In this document: in pieces, positions 6,100 through 13,001 of the stretch
How positions within the stretch are numbered: the first letter of the stretch is position 1
How the letters are laid out: every line of letters starts with the position of its first letter
Assembly: GCA_050246815.1 (NCBI GenBank)
Contig: JBFWVI010000070.1
Location: 1-13,001, forward strand
DNA from: Bdellovibrionales bacterium
GTDB lineage: Bacteria > Bdellovibrionota > Bdellovibrionia > Bdellovibrionales > UBA1609
Length of the DNA stretch: 13,001 bases
Direction of reading: 5' to 3'
The notes under the pieces: generated by a model
Databases searched by the model: none
Seen by the model: only the letters and a program-made list of their open reading frames with translations
What the model was told of the DNA's origin: nothing
Position numbers and translations under genes: made by a program

Positions 6100-7185
6100 A
6101 TGTTCGATATGAAGTTCGACCCCATTCTTTTAAAGACCATGATCGGCGGCGCCTCGGTGCTGGATATGTCGCATTTGCGAATGCAAACTCGGCAGCAGGC
6201 CAAAGAGTTTTTGCTGGCTTATGGTTACGACATCGACAATGACAGCGATAGCGCAAGACTCTGGAGCTTTCATCGCCGTGCAGTCACTTACATTGAAACG
6301 CAGCTTTTAACAGACGGCAAAAAGGTTCCGCAAGATTTGGCCGAGGCCGTGTTGCTGAAAGACTTGGCCAATTTACTTTTGTGGGCCAGTGAGGCGGAAC
6401 CAAAAGAGCGAAAGCAATGGGCCTGCGCAATTTTGCGGGTCATGCATGTGCTGAATCACCTGAGCAATGATTTGTTCACGGCCTTTTCGGATGAGATTCA
6501 AGATCAAATTTTGCATTCTTATCAAGACCACATCGTCAATGATGAAAATGGTCGGGTGACTTTGGGCCGAGTCGATGAAGAAGAGCGCATTCAGCTTGAA
6601 AAGTTTGATATCAAACCGTTTAAAACATCCAACTCATCGATTACCAAACTTTTGGCAAAACCTGAAGAAGTCGCATTTGGTCTGATGGACAAAATGGGGG
6701 TGCGCTTTGTGACCCGTTCGGTATTTGATTGCTTTCGCGTGTTGCGATGGCTGGTGCGTCACAATGTGGTCAGTTATCCGCACTTGATTCCAGATCAATC
6801 CAATAACACGCTTTATCCGTTGAACTTGTTTGTTGAAGCCATTGGCGAGATGGAGTCTCGTAAGATCACCGCCCCTGATGCGATCGAATCCTATTTGCAG
6901 GAAAAATTGGCGCAGACACAAGACCGCGCGAGTTATCGTGAAAAATTAAACGTCTTCACCTCGCGCGATTATCGCTTTATGAAGTTTATCGTGCGCCGTT
7001 TGATTCGTACGCGGGCAGACTCGCAGGGAAAGCCATTCATGTTTTATTATCCCTACGAAGTGCAGATCATGGATCTGGCAACTTTTGAACGCAATTCGAT
7101 AGGCCCGTCCAGTCACGCAGAATATAAGGCGCGCCAGCGTCAACGCGCTTATGAGCGTGTTTTTAGGCCCGAAGCACGCTCTTGA
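6100..7185 (+). CDS. TIGR04552/TIGR04562-like protein with a divergent RelA/SpoT-synthetase-type nucleotidyltransferase domain
   Basis: About 361 aa. The start is uncertain (TTG 6064, ATG 6079, 6100 or 6109). Family-like segments include IGGASVLD, FLLAYGYD and WACAILRVMH. The C-terminal half carries KTSNSSITKLLAK, DKMGVRFVT, DYRFMKF, YEVQIMD and SHAEYK. Confidence 0.8.
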   Translation: MFDMKFDPILLKTMIGGASVLDMSHLRMQTRQQAKEFLLAYGYDIDNDSDSARLWSFHRRAVTYIETQLLTDGKKVPQDLAEAVLLKDLANLLLWASEAEPKERKQWACAILRVMHVLNHLSNDLFTAFSDEIQDQILHSYQDHIVNDENGRVTLGRVDEEERIQLEKFDIKPFKTSNSSITKLLAKPEEVAFGLMDKMGVRFVTRSVFDCFRVLRWLVRHNVVSYPHLIPDQSNNTLYPLNLFVEAIGEMESRKITAPDAIESYLQEKLAQTQDRASYREKLNVFTSRDYRFMKFIVRRLIRTRADSQGKPFMFYYPYEVQIMDLATFERNSIGPSSHAEYKARQRQRAYERVFRPEARS

Positions 7186-7253
7186 TCCGCTTCGCGGACA
7201 GTCATTTTCTTTTTCCATTTTGGATTCGATCTTGGATATGGCACAAATAATGG

Positions 7254-7817
7254 ATGTCCAGCCTGGCCATGAGGAAAGATTCAAAACGAAAGCGCCCGCC
7301 GTCGAGGTCCAAAGACTTGCCTGCCACACAAGGCATGCTTTATCTAGTCCGCGATGAGCTGAAATCGGAAATCATGTCAGTTCGGCATGACACAGCCTCG
7401 CATAAGCACGGGATGGAGGCGCTACGACAAGACACGGGGGCGCTCCGACAGGAGGTAGGGTCGCTTCGTCAGGAGATGGGGTCGCTCCGACAGGAAGTAG
7501 GGTCGCTTCGTCAGGAGATGGGGTCGCTCCGACAGGAAGTAGGGTCGATCCGCCATGATATGGGATCACTCCGCGAAGAGATGGCATCATTACGACTGGA
7601 GATGAGCGGCTTCAAAGAAAGCATGCGCGAAGAAATGAAAGCTTTCCGACAAGAAGTGAAGTCCGACATCGCGGCTATGATGGCGAAAATTCATCAGACA
7701 CACCTGCTGATAGAAGAGCAAAACAACCGCAATAAAATTGTTTTGGATGGGCTGACTTCGCTATTTGCACGGCAAGAACGATTGGAAAATATCGTGTTGC
7801 ATGGAAAAACAACTTAG
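7254..7817 (+). CDS. Coiled-coil repeat protein (DUF1640/CCDC90-like architecture), function unknown
   Basis: 187 aa (alternative ATG at 7269). Basic N-terminus, a DLPATQGMLYLVRDELK segment, about ten (M/V)GSLRQE-type heptads and a helical C-terminus (LLIEEQNNRNKIVLDG). No signal peptide or TM helix is evident. Confidence 0.75.
   Translation: MSSLAMRKDSKRKRPPSRSKDLPATQGMLYLVRDELKSEIMSVRHDTASHKHGMEALRQDTGALRQEVGSLRQEMGSLRQEVGSLRQEMGSLRQEVGSIRHDMGSLREEMASLRLEMSGFKESMREEMKAFRQEVKSDIAAMMAKIHQTHLLIEEQNNRNKIVLDGLTSLFARQERLENIVLHGKTT
7413..7622 (+). repeat. In-frame 21-bp tandem repeat (about 10 units) with an exact 42-bp higher-order duplication
   Basis: GTAGGGTCGCTTCGTCAGGAGATGGGGTCGCTCCGACAGGAA occurs exactly at 7455-7496 and 7497-7538, with a partial third copy GTAGGGTCG at 7539-7547. 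Degenerate 21-mers flank it on both sides. Confidence 0.95.
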
Positions 7818-7965
7818 AGCCCATCTCGCGATGCACAGGTCGGGCTGCAGAATTAAGAAACTAGCCCTCATTCAGAAGATCTGTGGCGGATGACCAAGAC
7901 CCTTGTCCAGATGGCGTCTAGCCTGGCCTTGGTCGTTCGACTTTGGCTCGAGTACCATAATAACG

Positions 7966-9009
7966 ATGTCACCAGCTTGGATTGTTAGCATCATTTTGGT
8001 TTTGTGCGCGCTGACGTCGCCGACGCAGGCGCGTGAGCAATTGGGCCAACTCAAAGTCGACAACCTGGTGATTCGCCCTCAGTTTCGGCTGCTCGAACCC
8101 GCCAAGGCTAACTTTGAATTGGGCGAATCTTTATTCAGCGTGCGCTGGGATATGGATACCAAAATCGGCGCGGTGTTTACTGTAGGCGCAAAAGATTTGA
8201 TCGGCACCTCGACTCACTTCGCCCCTGAACTCAATCAAGATTTGGGATTTATCGAAGCTTACGGCGAATACAATTTTGATTACGGCACTATTCGAGCGGG
8301 ACTTCAGCCTGTCGGTTTTGGTATTGAGGGCAGTGTGGGTGAGGCCGATCTGGATATGCCGCGAAGCCTACTCTATCAAGAACGCATAGTGCCTTTGCGC
8401 GATATCGGCGTTAGTTATGCCATCGATCACAACGGCTATTTCACTCGACTGATGATTCATAATGGTGAAAGCGGCGCTAACCTGGACGGTCGCCCTTGGT
8501 ACACCGCCAAGTGGGGCTGGACAAAATCAGGTCGCTGGCGATTGGGCATGGCAGGGCAGACCGGGACGACCAAGCCAACCTCCACCAGCACCAGTCAAGA
8601 TAACTTGGCCGGTGTCGATATCACCAAAGAAGCGCAGTGGCGATTGGGTGGCCCATTCATGGTCTGGACTCCGCATCGTTGGCGTTTGGCTTTTGAAGGC
8701 TACCTGGGTGAGCTCTCGCAAGAAAAGGATTTGCGTAAATATTCGGCCGGTTATTGGAGTTTGAGCTACTCCGGCCAGGCGTGGTTTTTTGGGCTTCGCT
8801 ACGATCAAATTGATCCTAATCACGACTTAGACAATGATTTAAAGCGGCAAGTGACATTGACCTTGGGGCTTTTGAGCGAGCGCCGCACCTCACGAGTCTT
8901 TTTGGTCGCCACCAAAGTGTTTGAAGAGTCGAACCAAATTCCCAACGATGAATTGCGTTTGGTTTGGCATTTGACGCCCCTTCTTCCCTCTGCTGTACCC
9001 GAACTCTAG
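7966..9009 (+). CDS. Porin-like outer-membrane beta-barrel protein (347 aa)
   Basis: Start moved from 7903 to the in-frame ATG 7966, which opens a signal peptide (MSPAWIVSIILVLCALTSPTQA/R). Amphipathic strands (IEAYGEY, TIRAGLQPVGFGIE, RDIGVSY, FGLRYDQIDPN) resemble OprO/P-like and putative porin families. Confidence 0.72.
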   Translation: MSPAWIVSIILVLCALTSPTQAREQLGQLKVDNLVIRPQFRLLEPAKANFELGESLFSVRWDMDTKIGAVFTVGAKDLIGTSTHFAPELNQDLGFIEAYGEYNFDYGTIRAGLQPVGFGIEGSVGEADLDMPRSLLYQERIVPLRDIGVSYAIDHNGYFTRLMIHNGESGANLDGRPWYTAKWGWTKSGRWRLGMAGQTGTTKPTSTSTSQDNLAGVDITKEAQWRLGGPFMVWTPHRWRLAFEGYLGELSQEKDLRKYSAGYWSLSYSGQAWFFGLRYDQIDPNHDLDNDLKRQVTLTLGLLSERRTSRVFLVATKVFEESNQIPNDELRLVWHLTPLLPSAVPEL

Positions 9010-9014
9010 AGCTT

Positions 9015-9043
9015 TTGACCCAGCCTGCCTGGCACGTTATAAC
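9015..9043 (+). promoter_or_regulatory. Putative sigma-70 promoter of hbd-crt-icmF
   Basis: TTGACC (9015-9020), 17-nt spacer, TATAAC (9038-9043). SD AGGGGG (9072-9077) precedes GTG 9083. Confidence 0.6.
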
Positions 9044-9082
9044 CGGACGACAAAACTCATTAGTGTGACGCAGGGGGTCTAG

Positions 9083-9934
9083 GTGGCTTTTAAAAAGGTC
9101 GGTGTGGTCGGCGCAGGACAAATGGGCAATGGTATTGCGCAAGTGGTGGCCATGCACAAAGTTCCCGTGGTGATGAGTGATATCAATTCAGCCGCTTTGG
9201 AAAAGGGCTTGGCCACCATCGGCCAAAGCTGTGATCGATTGATTAAAAAAGAACTGATGAGGGCCGACGAGAAAAAAGCGCTGCTTGAGCGTATACAAAC
9301 GGCCACGGATATGAAGGCCTTAAAAGACTGTGATTGTGTGATTGAAGCTGCCACCGAAAATATTGAGCTCAAACTGAAAATTTTTAAAGACCTTGATCAC
9401 ATCTGCAATCGCGAGGCGATTTTGTGCAGCAACACCTCTTCGATTTCGATCACCAAAATTGCCGCTGTCACAGCGCGTTCTGAAAAAGTGGCGGGCATGC
9501 ATTTTATGAACCCCGTGCCGCTGATGAAGCTGGTCGAAGGCATTCGGGGTTTACAAACCTCGGAGGAAACTTTTCGCCAAGTACGAAGCTTCGCCGAGCT
9601 GTTGGGAAAAACTTTTGTTGAAGCCAAAGATTACCCAGGCTTCGCTGTGAACCGGATTCTTATGCCCATGATCAACGAGGCCGTGTTCACGCTTTACGAA
9701 GGTATCGCCACGGCAGAAGATATCGACAATGCTATGAAGCTTGGTACCAACCAACCCATGGGGCCGTTGGCTTTGGCGGATTACATTGGCTTAGACACCT
9801 GTTTGGCGATCATGAACGTGCTGCACGATGGTTTGGGTGACAGTAAGTATCGCGCTTGCCCGTTGTTGATCAAACATGTCGAAGCGGGTTGGCTGGGTAA
9901 AAAGTCTGGCCGCGGTTTTCACAAATACGCTTAA
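9083..9934 (+). CDS. hbd: 3-hydroxybutyryl-CoA dehydrogenase
   Basis: 283 aa with GAGQMGNGIA NAD-binding motif, IEAATEN, SNTSSISIT, GMHFMNPVPLMKLVE, PGFAVNRIL, PMGPLALADYIGLD and GWLGKKSGRGF. Confidence 0.95.
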   Translation: MAFKKVGVVGAGQMGNGIAQVVAMHKVPVVMSDINSAALEKGLATIGQSCDRLIKKELMRADEKKALLERIQTATDMKALKDCDCVIEAATENIELKLKIFKDLDHICNREAILCSNTSSISITKIAAVTARSEKVAGMHFMNPVPLMKLVEGIRGLQTSEETFRQVRSFAELLGKTFVEAKDYPGFAVNRILMPMINEAVFTLYEGIATAEDIDNAMKLGTNQPMGPLALADYIGLDTCLAIMNVLHDGLGDSKYRACPLLIKHVEAGWLGKKSGRGFHKYA

Positions 9935-9946
9935 AGGGTGCTTAAA

Positions 9947-10747
9947 ATGAATTACCGTCACTTGGAATTTAAACTTTTGTCCGATGTGGCGCCGAGCGGC
10001 CAGGTTGGGTTGTTGACTCTGAATCGACCTTCGTCCTTGAATGCTTTGAATGCCGAAGTGATCGAAGACTTGCAAAAATGGATAGATTGGGCAGAAACGC
10101 AAGAGGCACTTCGCTGCGTGATTATCACTGGTGCCGGAGAAAAGGCTTTTGTGGCCGGCGCCGACATCAAGGAGATGCAAAGTTATTCCTTTGAGCAGGC
10201 GGAACGAATGTCCTTAACCGGACAAAAGGTTTTTCAACAAATTGAAGATGCCAAATTTGTTTCGATCGCCGCAGTGAATGGCTTTGCTTTGGGTGGAGGG
10301 CTCGAGTTGGCTATGGCCTGTGACTTTATGGTGGCGTCAAACACGGCGAAGTTTGGCCTTCCGGAAGTCTCGTTGGGTCTAATCCCGGGTTATGGGGGGA
10401 CTCAGCGCCTACCGCGATTTATCGGTAAGGCATTGGCGCGTTTGATTGCTTTGACCGGCGACATCTACCCCGCTCAGCAAGGTTACGAATGGGGTTTGAT
10501 CAGTCAGGTTGTTGAGCCTGCTGAATTGATGCCCACCTGTTTTGAATTCGCCAAAACGATTGCCTCTCGCGCGCCACTGGCGGTTGCAATGGCGAAGCAA
10601 GCGATCAACTTTGGTTTTGAACAAGCTCAAAGCGAGGGCCTTGAGCAAGAGGCGGATTTATTCGCTAAGACATTTTCCACTGAAGATCAAAGCGAAGGCA
10701 TCAACGCGTTTATTGAAAAACGCAAACCTGTGTTCAAAGGGGTTTAA
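9947..10747 (+). CDS. crt: Short-chain enoyl-CoA hydratase (crotonase)
   Basis: ATG 9947 (SD-like AAGGGTG 6 nt upstream) is preferred over GTG 9938. Motifs: LNRPSSLNAL, KAFVAGADI, GFALGGGLEL, GLPEVSLGLIPGYGGTQRLPR (both catalytic Glu present) and EGINAFIEKRKPVFKG. Confidence 0.92.
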   Translation: MNYRHLEFKLLSDVAPSGQVGLLTLNRPSSLNALNAEVIEDLQKWIDWAETQEALRCVIITGAGEKAFVAGADIKEMQSYSFEQAERMSLTGQKVFQQIEDAKFVSIAAVNGFALGGGLELAMACDFMVASNTAKFGLPEVSLGLIPGYGGTQRLPRFIGKALARLIALTGDIYPAQQGYEWGLISQVVEPAELMPTCFEFAKTIASRAPLAVAMAKQAINFGFEQAQSEGLEQEADLFAKTFSTEDQSEGINAFIEKRKPVFKGV

Positions 10748-10753
10748 ATTTTT

Positions 10754-13001
10754 ATGGCCTACACGCCCAAAAATCATGTGCGTATCGTGACGGCGGCTGC
10801 CCTTTTTGACGGGCACGACGCGGCGATCAACATCATGCGGCGAATTTTGCAAGACATGGGCGCCGAAGTCATTCACCTGGGGCACAACCGCTCTGTCGCT
10901 GACGTGGTCAACGCCGCTTTGCAAGAGGGTGCTCAAGGTATTTGCATCAGCTCCTATCAGGGCGGCCATATGGAGTACTTCAAATACATGAAGGATCTTC
11001 TGGACCAAGCCGGTGCGGATTATGTGCGCATTTACGGGGGTGGTGGTGGCGTGATCGTGCACGAGGAAAAAGCTGAACTTGAACGCTACGGAATTGCACA
11101 GATTTTTCACCCGGAAGATGGTCGCCGTCTTGGCCTTGAAGGCATGATCGAGATGGTGATTCGCGGCTGTGATTTTTCTCTTGTCGAAAAAGCCACGGCT
11201 TCAAGTGCAGTCAAAATAGGTGAAAGTATCCCGCTTCGCTCTTTAGGCGCGGCTTTGACGGGTATCGAAGAAAATCAAGACACCAAAGTCTTTTTGGATC
11301 AGTTGAAGACTTTTAAGAATCGCGGCAAGGCGCCCTTGGTTTTGGGTGTGACCGGAACAGGTGGGGCGGGCAAGTCCTCTTTGGTCGACGAATTGGTCAC
11401 GCGCTGGTTGAACTTTTTTCCGGATGTGAAGATTGGTGTGATCTGCGTCGATCCGACCAAACGTAAAACCGGTGGTGCTCTTTTGGGTGATCGCATTCGC
11501 ATGAACTCGCTTAGTCGGCAGGGAGTTTTCATGCGCTCAGTGGCTTCGCGTGGGTCTGGCAGTGAGATCTCAAAGGCTTTGCCGGATCTATTGAAATTTT
11601 GCAAAGATTTGGATTTTGATCTGTTGATCGCCGAATCTTCTGGCATAGGTCAAGCCAGTTCGAAAATTTTAGAAGTCGCGGACTTAAGTCTTTATGTTAT
11701 GACGTCTGAATTCGGCGCACAGAGCCAACTTGAAAAAATCGACATGATTGATTACGCCGATTTTATCGCCATCAACAAGGCGGATCGGCGCGGGGCCCAG
11801 GACGCCCATCGCGATGTGCAAAAACAGTACAAGCGTTCGCGTAAAATATTTGATCATCAAGCGCAAGTGCCGGTCTTTCTAACGCAAGCTTCGAACTTCA
11901 ATGACCAGGGTGCCAACGAATTGTTTTTGGCTTTGTGCGAGGGCCTAAAAAGTAAAGCCAGCAGTGATCGTTGGCATATTCCGCCAGCGAAAATCGCGGA
12001 TTGGAAGGGCACAGAGAAAAATTCGATTGTGCCTTCACATCGCCAGAATTATTTGGCTGAAATCGTTTCGACTATACGCGATTACAAGCAAGAAACTCTG
12101 CAGTTGGCCAAAGTCGCTTCGCAGCTGAGCGCACTTAAAATGGCAGAAGAAATGGGTGTGGCGGATAGAGCTGCGGTGGCAAAAAAGCGCGCGACCTTAG
12201 AGGCCCAGTTCAAAGTCGAAGAACGCGAAGCTCTGCAAAATTTTGATGCTCTGGTGGCCGACTATTCCTCCACCGAGCTGATCTACAAGGTGCGTGACAA
12301 AGAAATTCGCCAGCCCCTGACTCGTAAGTCGCTGAGCGGTTTGAATATTCCGCGGGTCAGTTTGCCTCATCTTCAGGATTGGGGCGATCGTTTGAAGTTC
12401 TTAAGGCTTGAAAACGTGCCGGGAAAATTTCCGTTTACGGCGGGTGTCTTTCCTCTTAAGCGCACTGAAGAAGACCCCACACGTCAGTTTGCGGGTGAAG
12501 GGGCACCAGAACGCACCAATCGCCGGTTTCACTTCTTGTCCAAGGGCGAACCAGCCAAGCGGTTATCGACGGCTTTTGATAGTGTGACTTTATACGGGCA
12601 AGATCCGGATCGCCGCCCCGACATCTATGGCAAAGTTGGTGAAAGTGGTGTCAGTATCGCCACGCTGACGGACATGAAGAAGCTTTACGCGGGTTTTGAT
12701 CTATGCGATCCTTCGACTTCGGTCAGCATGACCATCAATGGCCCGGCACCTATGATTTTGGCCTTCTTTATGAACACCGCTATTGATCAGCAGGTTGAAA
12801 AATACGAAGCCAAATTGAAGCGCAAGCTCAATGCCGAAGAGTTGGCCAAGGTCAAAGCGGACACCTTGAGTTCAGTGCGAGGCACGGTCCAGGCCGATAT
12901 TCTGAAAGAGGATCAAGGGCAAAACACCTGCATTTTTTCAATCGATTTCGCCCTTCGAATGATGGGCGATATTCAGCAATATTTTATTCAGCACAATGTG
13001 C
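10754..13001 (+). CDS. icmF: Fused isobutyryl-CoA mutase / MeaI GTPase chaperone, truncated by the window end (749 codons visible)
   Basis: Hand translation from ATG 10754 (MAYTPKNHVRIVTAAALFDGHDAAINIMRRILQ...) stays open to the end of the window. It has a cobalamin-binding domain (DGHD, SSYQGGH, GGGG), a MeaB-like GTPase (GTGGAGKSS from 11354, DPT, GGALLGDRIRM, ESSGIGQ, NKAD) and a mutase barrel (FPFTAGVFP, DPTRQFAGEG, RLSTAFDSVTLYG, SMTINGPA, GTVQADILKEDQGQNT). Confidence 0.96.
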   Translation, partial: MAYTPKNHVRIVTAAALFDGHDAAINIMRRILQDMGAEVIHLGHNRSVADVVNAALQEGAQGICISSYQGGHMEYFKYMKDLLDQAGADYVRIYGGGGGVIVHEEKAELERYGIAQIFHPEDGRRLGLEGMIEMVIRGCDFSLVEKATASSAVKIGESIPLRSLGAALTGIEENQDTKVFLDQLKTFKNRGKAPLVLGVTGTGGAGKSSLVDELVTRWLNFFPDVKIGVICVDPTKRKTGGALLGDRIRMNSLSRQGVFMRSVASRGSGSEISKALPDLLKFCKDLDFDLLIAESSGIGQASSKILEVADLSLYVMTSEFGAQSQLEKIDMIDYADFIAINKADRRGAQDAHRDVQKQYKRSRKIFDHQAQVPVFLTQASNFNDQGANELFLALCEGLKSKASSDRWHIPPAKIADWKGTEKNSIVPSHRQNYLAEIVSTIRDYKQETLQLAKVASQLSALKMAEEMGVADRAAVAKKRATLEAQFKVEEREALQNFDALVADYSSTELIYKVRDKEIRQPLTRKSLSGLNIPRVSLPHLQDWGDRLKFLRLENVPGKFPFTAGVFPLKRTEEDPTRQFAGEGAPERTNRRFHFLSKGEPAKRLSTAFDSVTLYGQDPDRRPDIYGKVGESGVSIATLTDMKKLYAGFDLCDPSTSVSMTINGPAPMILAFFMNTAIDQQVEKYEAKLKRKLNAEELAKVKADTLSSVRGTVQADILKEDQGQNTCIFSIDFALRMMGDIQQYFIQHNV

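Noticed and set aside
7239..7253. TGGCAC upstream of the coiled-coil gene as a sigma-54 promoter
   Set aside because: The -12 position reads ATGG, lacking the conserved GC.
7372..7590. Minus-strand 72-aa ORF with repeated TLLPVGATPSPDEA
   Set aside because: It is the antisense shadow of the 42-bp repeat. Substitutions among units are synonymous or conservative in the plus-strand frame.
7413..7622. Repeat array as a CRISPR array or DGR-type repeat
   Set aside because: Units are contiguous with no unique spacers, stay in frame and encode heptads. No cas or reverse transcriptase gene is in the window.
7818..7900. Terminator after the coiled-coil gene
   Set aside because: Only weak GCCC...GGGC pairing is present and there is no U-tract.
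7903..7965. ATG 7903 start for the porin-like gene
   Set aside because: It adds 21 residues ahead of a normal signal peptide. ATG 7966 gives a conventional N-terminus.
9030..9044. TGGCACG upstream of hbd as a sigma-54 promoter
   Set aside because: The -12 position reads AACC. The TTGACC-N17-TATAAC sigma-70 reading fits better.
10754..13001. Annotation as methylmalonyl-CoA mutase
   Set aside because: The domain order (B12-binding, GTPase, barrel) and the Phe/Gln specificity residues indicate IcmF.

Overview
Bacterial chromosomal window of roughly 50% GC. The gene content suggests Bdellovibrionota or a related lineage (inference, mainly from the TIGR04552-like gene). Two acyl-CoA metabolism clusters frame the window: fadI-fadJ (130-3634) and hbd-crt-icmF (9083 to beyond 13001). 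The long icmF ORF is missing from the supplied ORF track because it runs off the window. Between the clusters lie five uncharacterised genes: a minus-strand DUF3187-like outer-membrane beta-barrel, a lipoprotein, a TIGR04552-like protein with divergent RelA/SpoT synthetase motifs, a coiled-coil protein with an exact 42-bp tandem duplication, and a porin-like beta-barrel. The most unusual unit is the lipoprotein transcript. It has a near-consensus sigma-54 promoter with two upstream TGT-N11-ACA-type boxes. It ends in a 14-bp terminator hairpin with a 23-nt, mostly C loop, which is a candidate 3'UTR-derived anti-Shine-Dalgarno sRNA and also a G-quadruplex motif on the other strand. I found no rRNA, tRNA, CRISPR array or mobile element. 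All family assignments are from motif recognition and recall; no searches were run.
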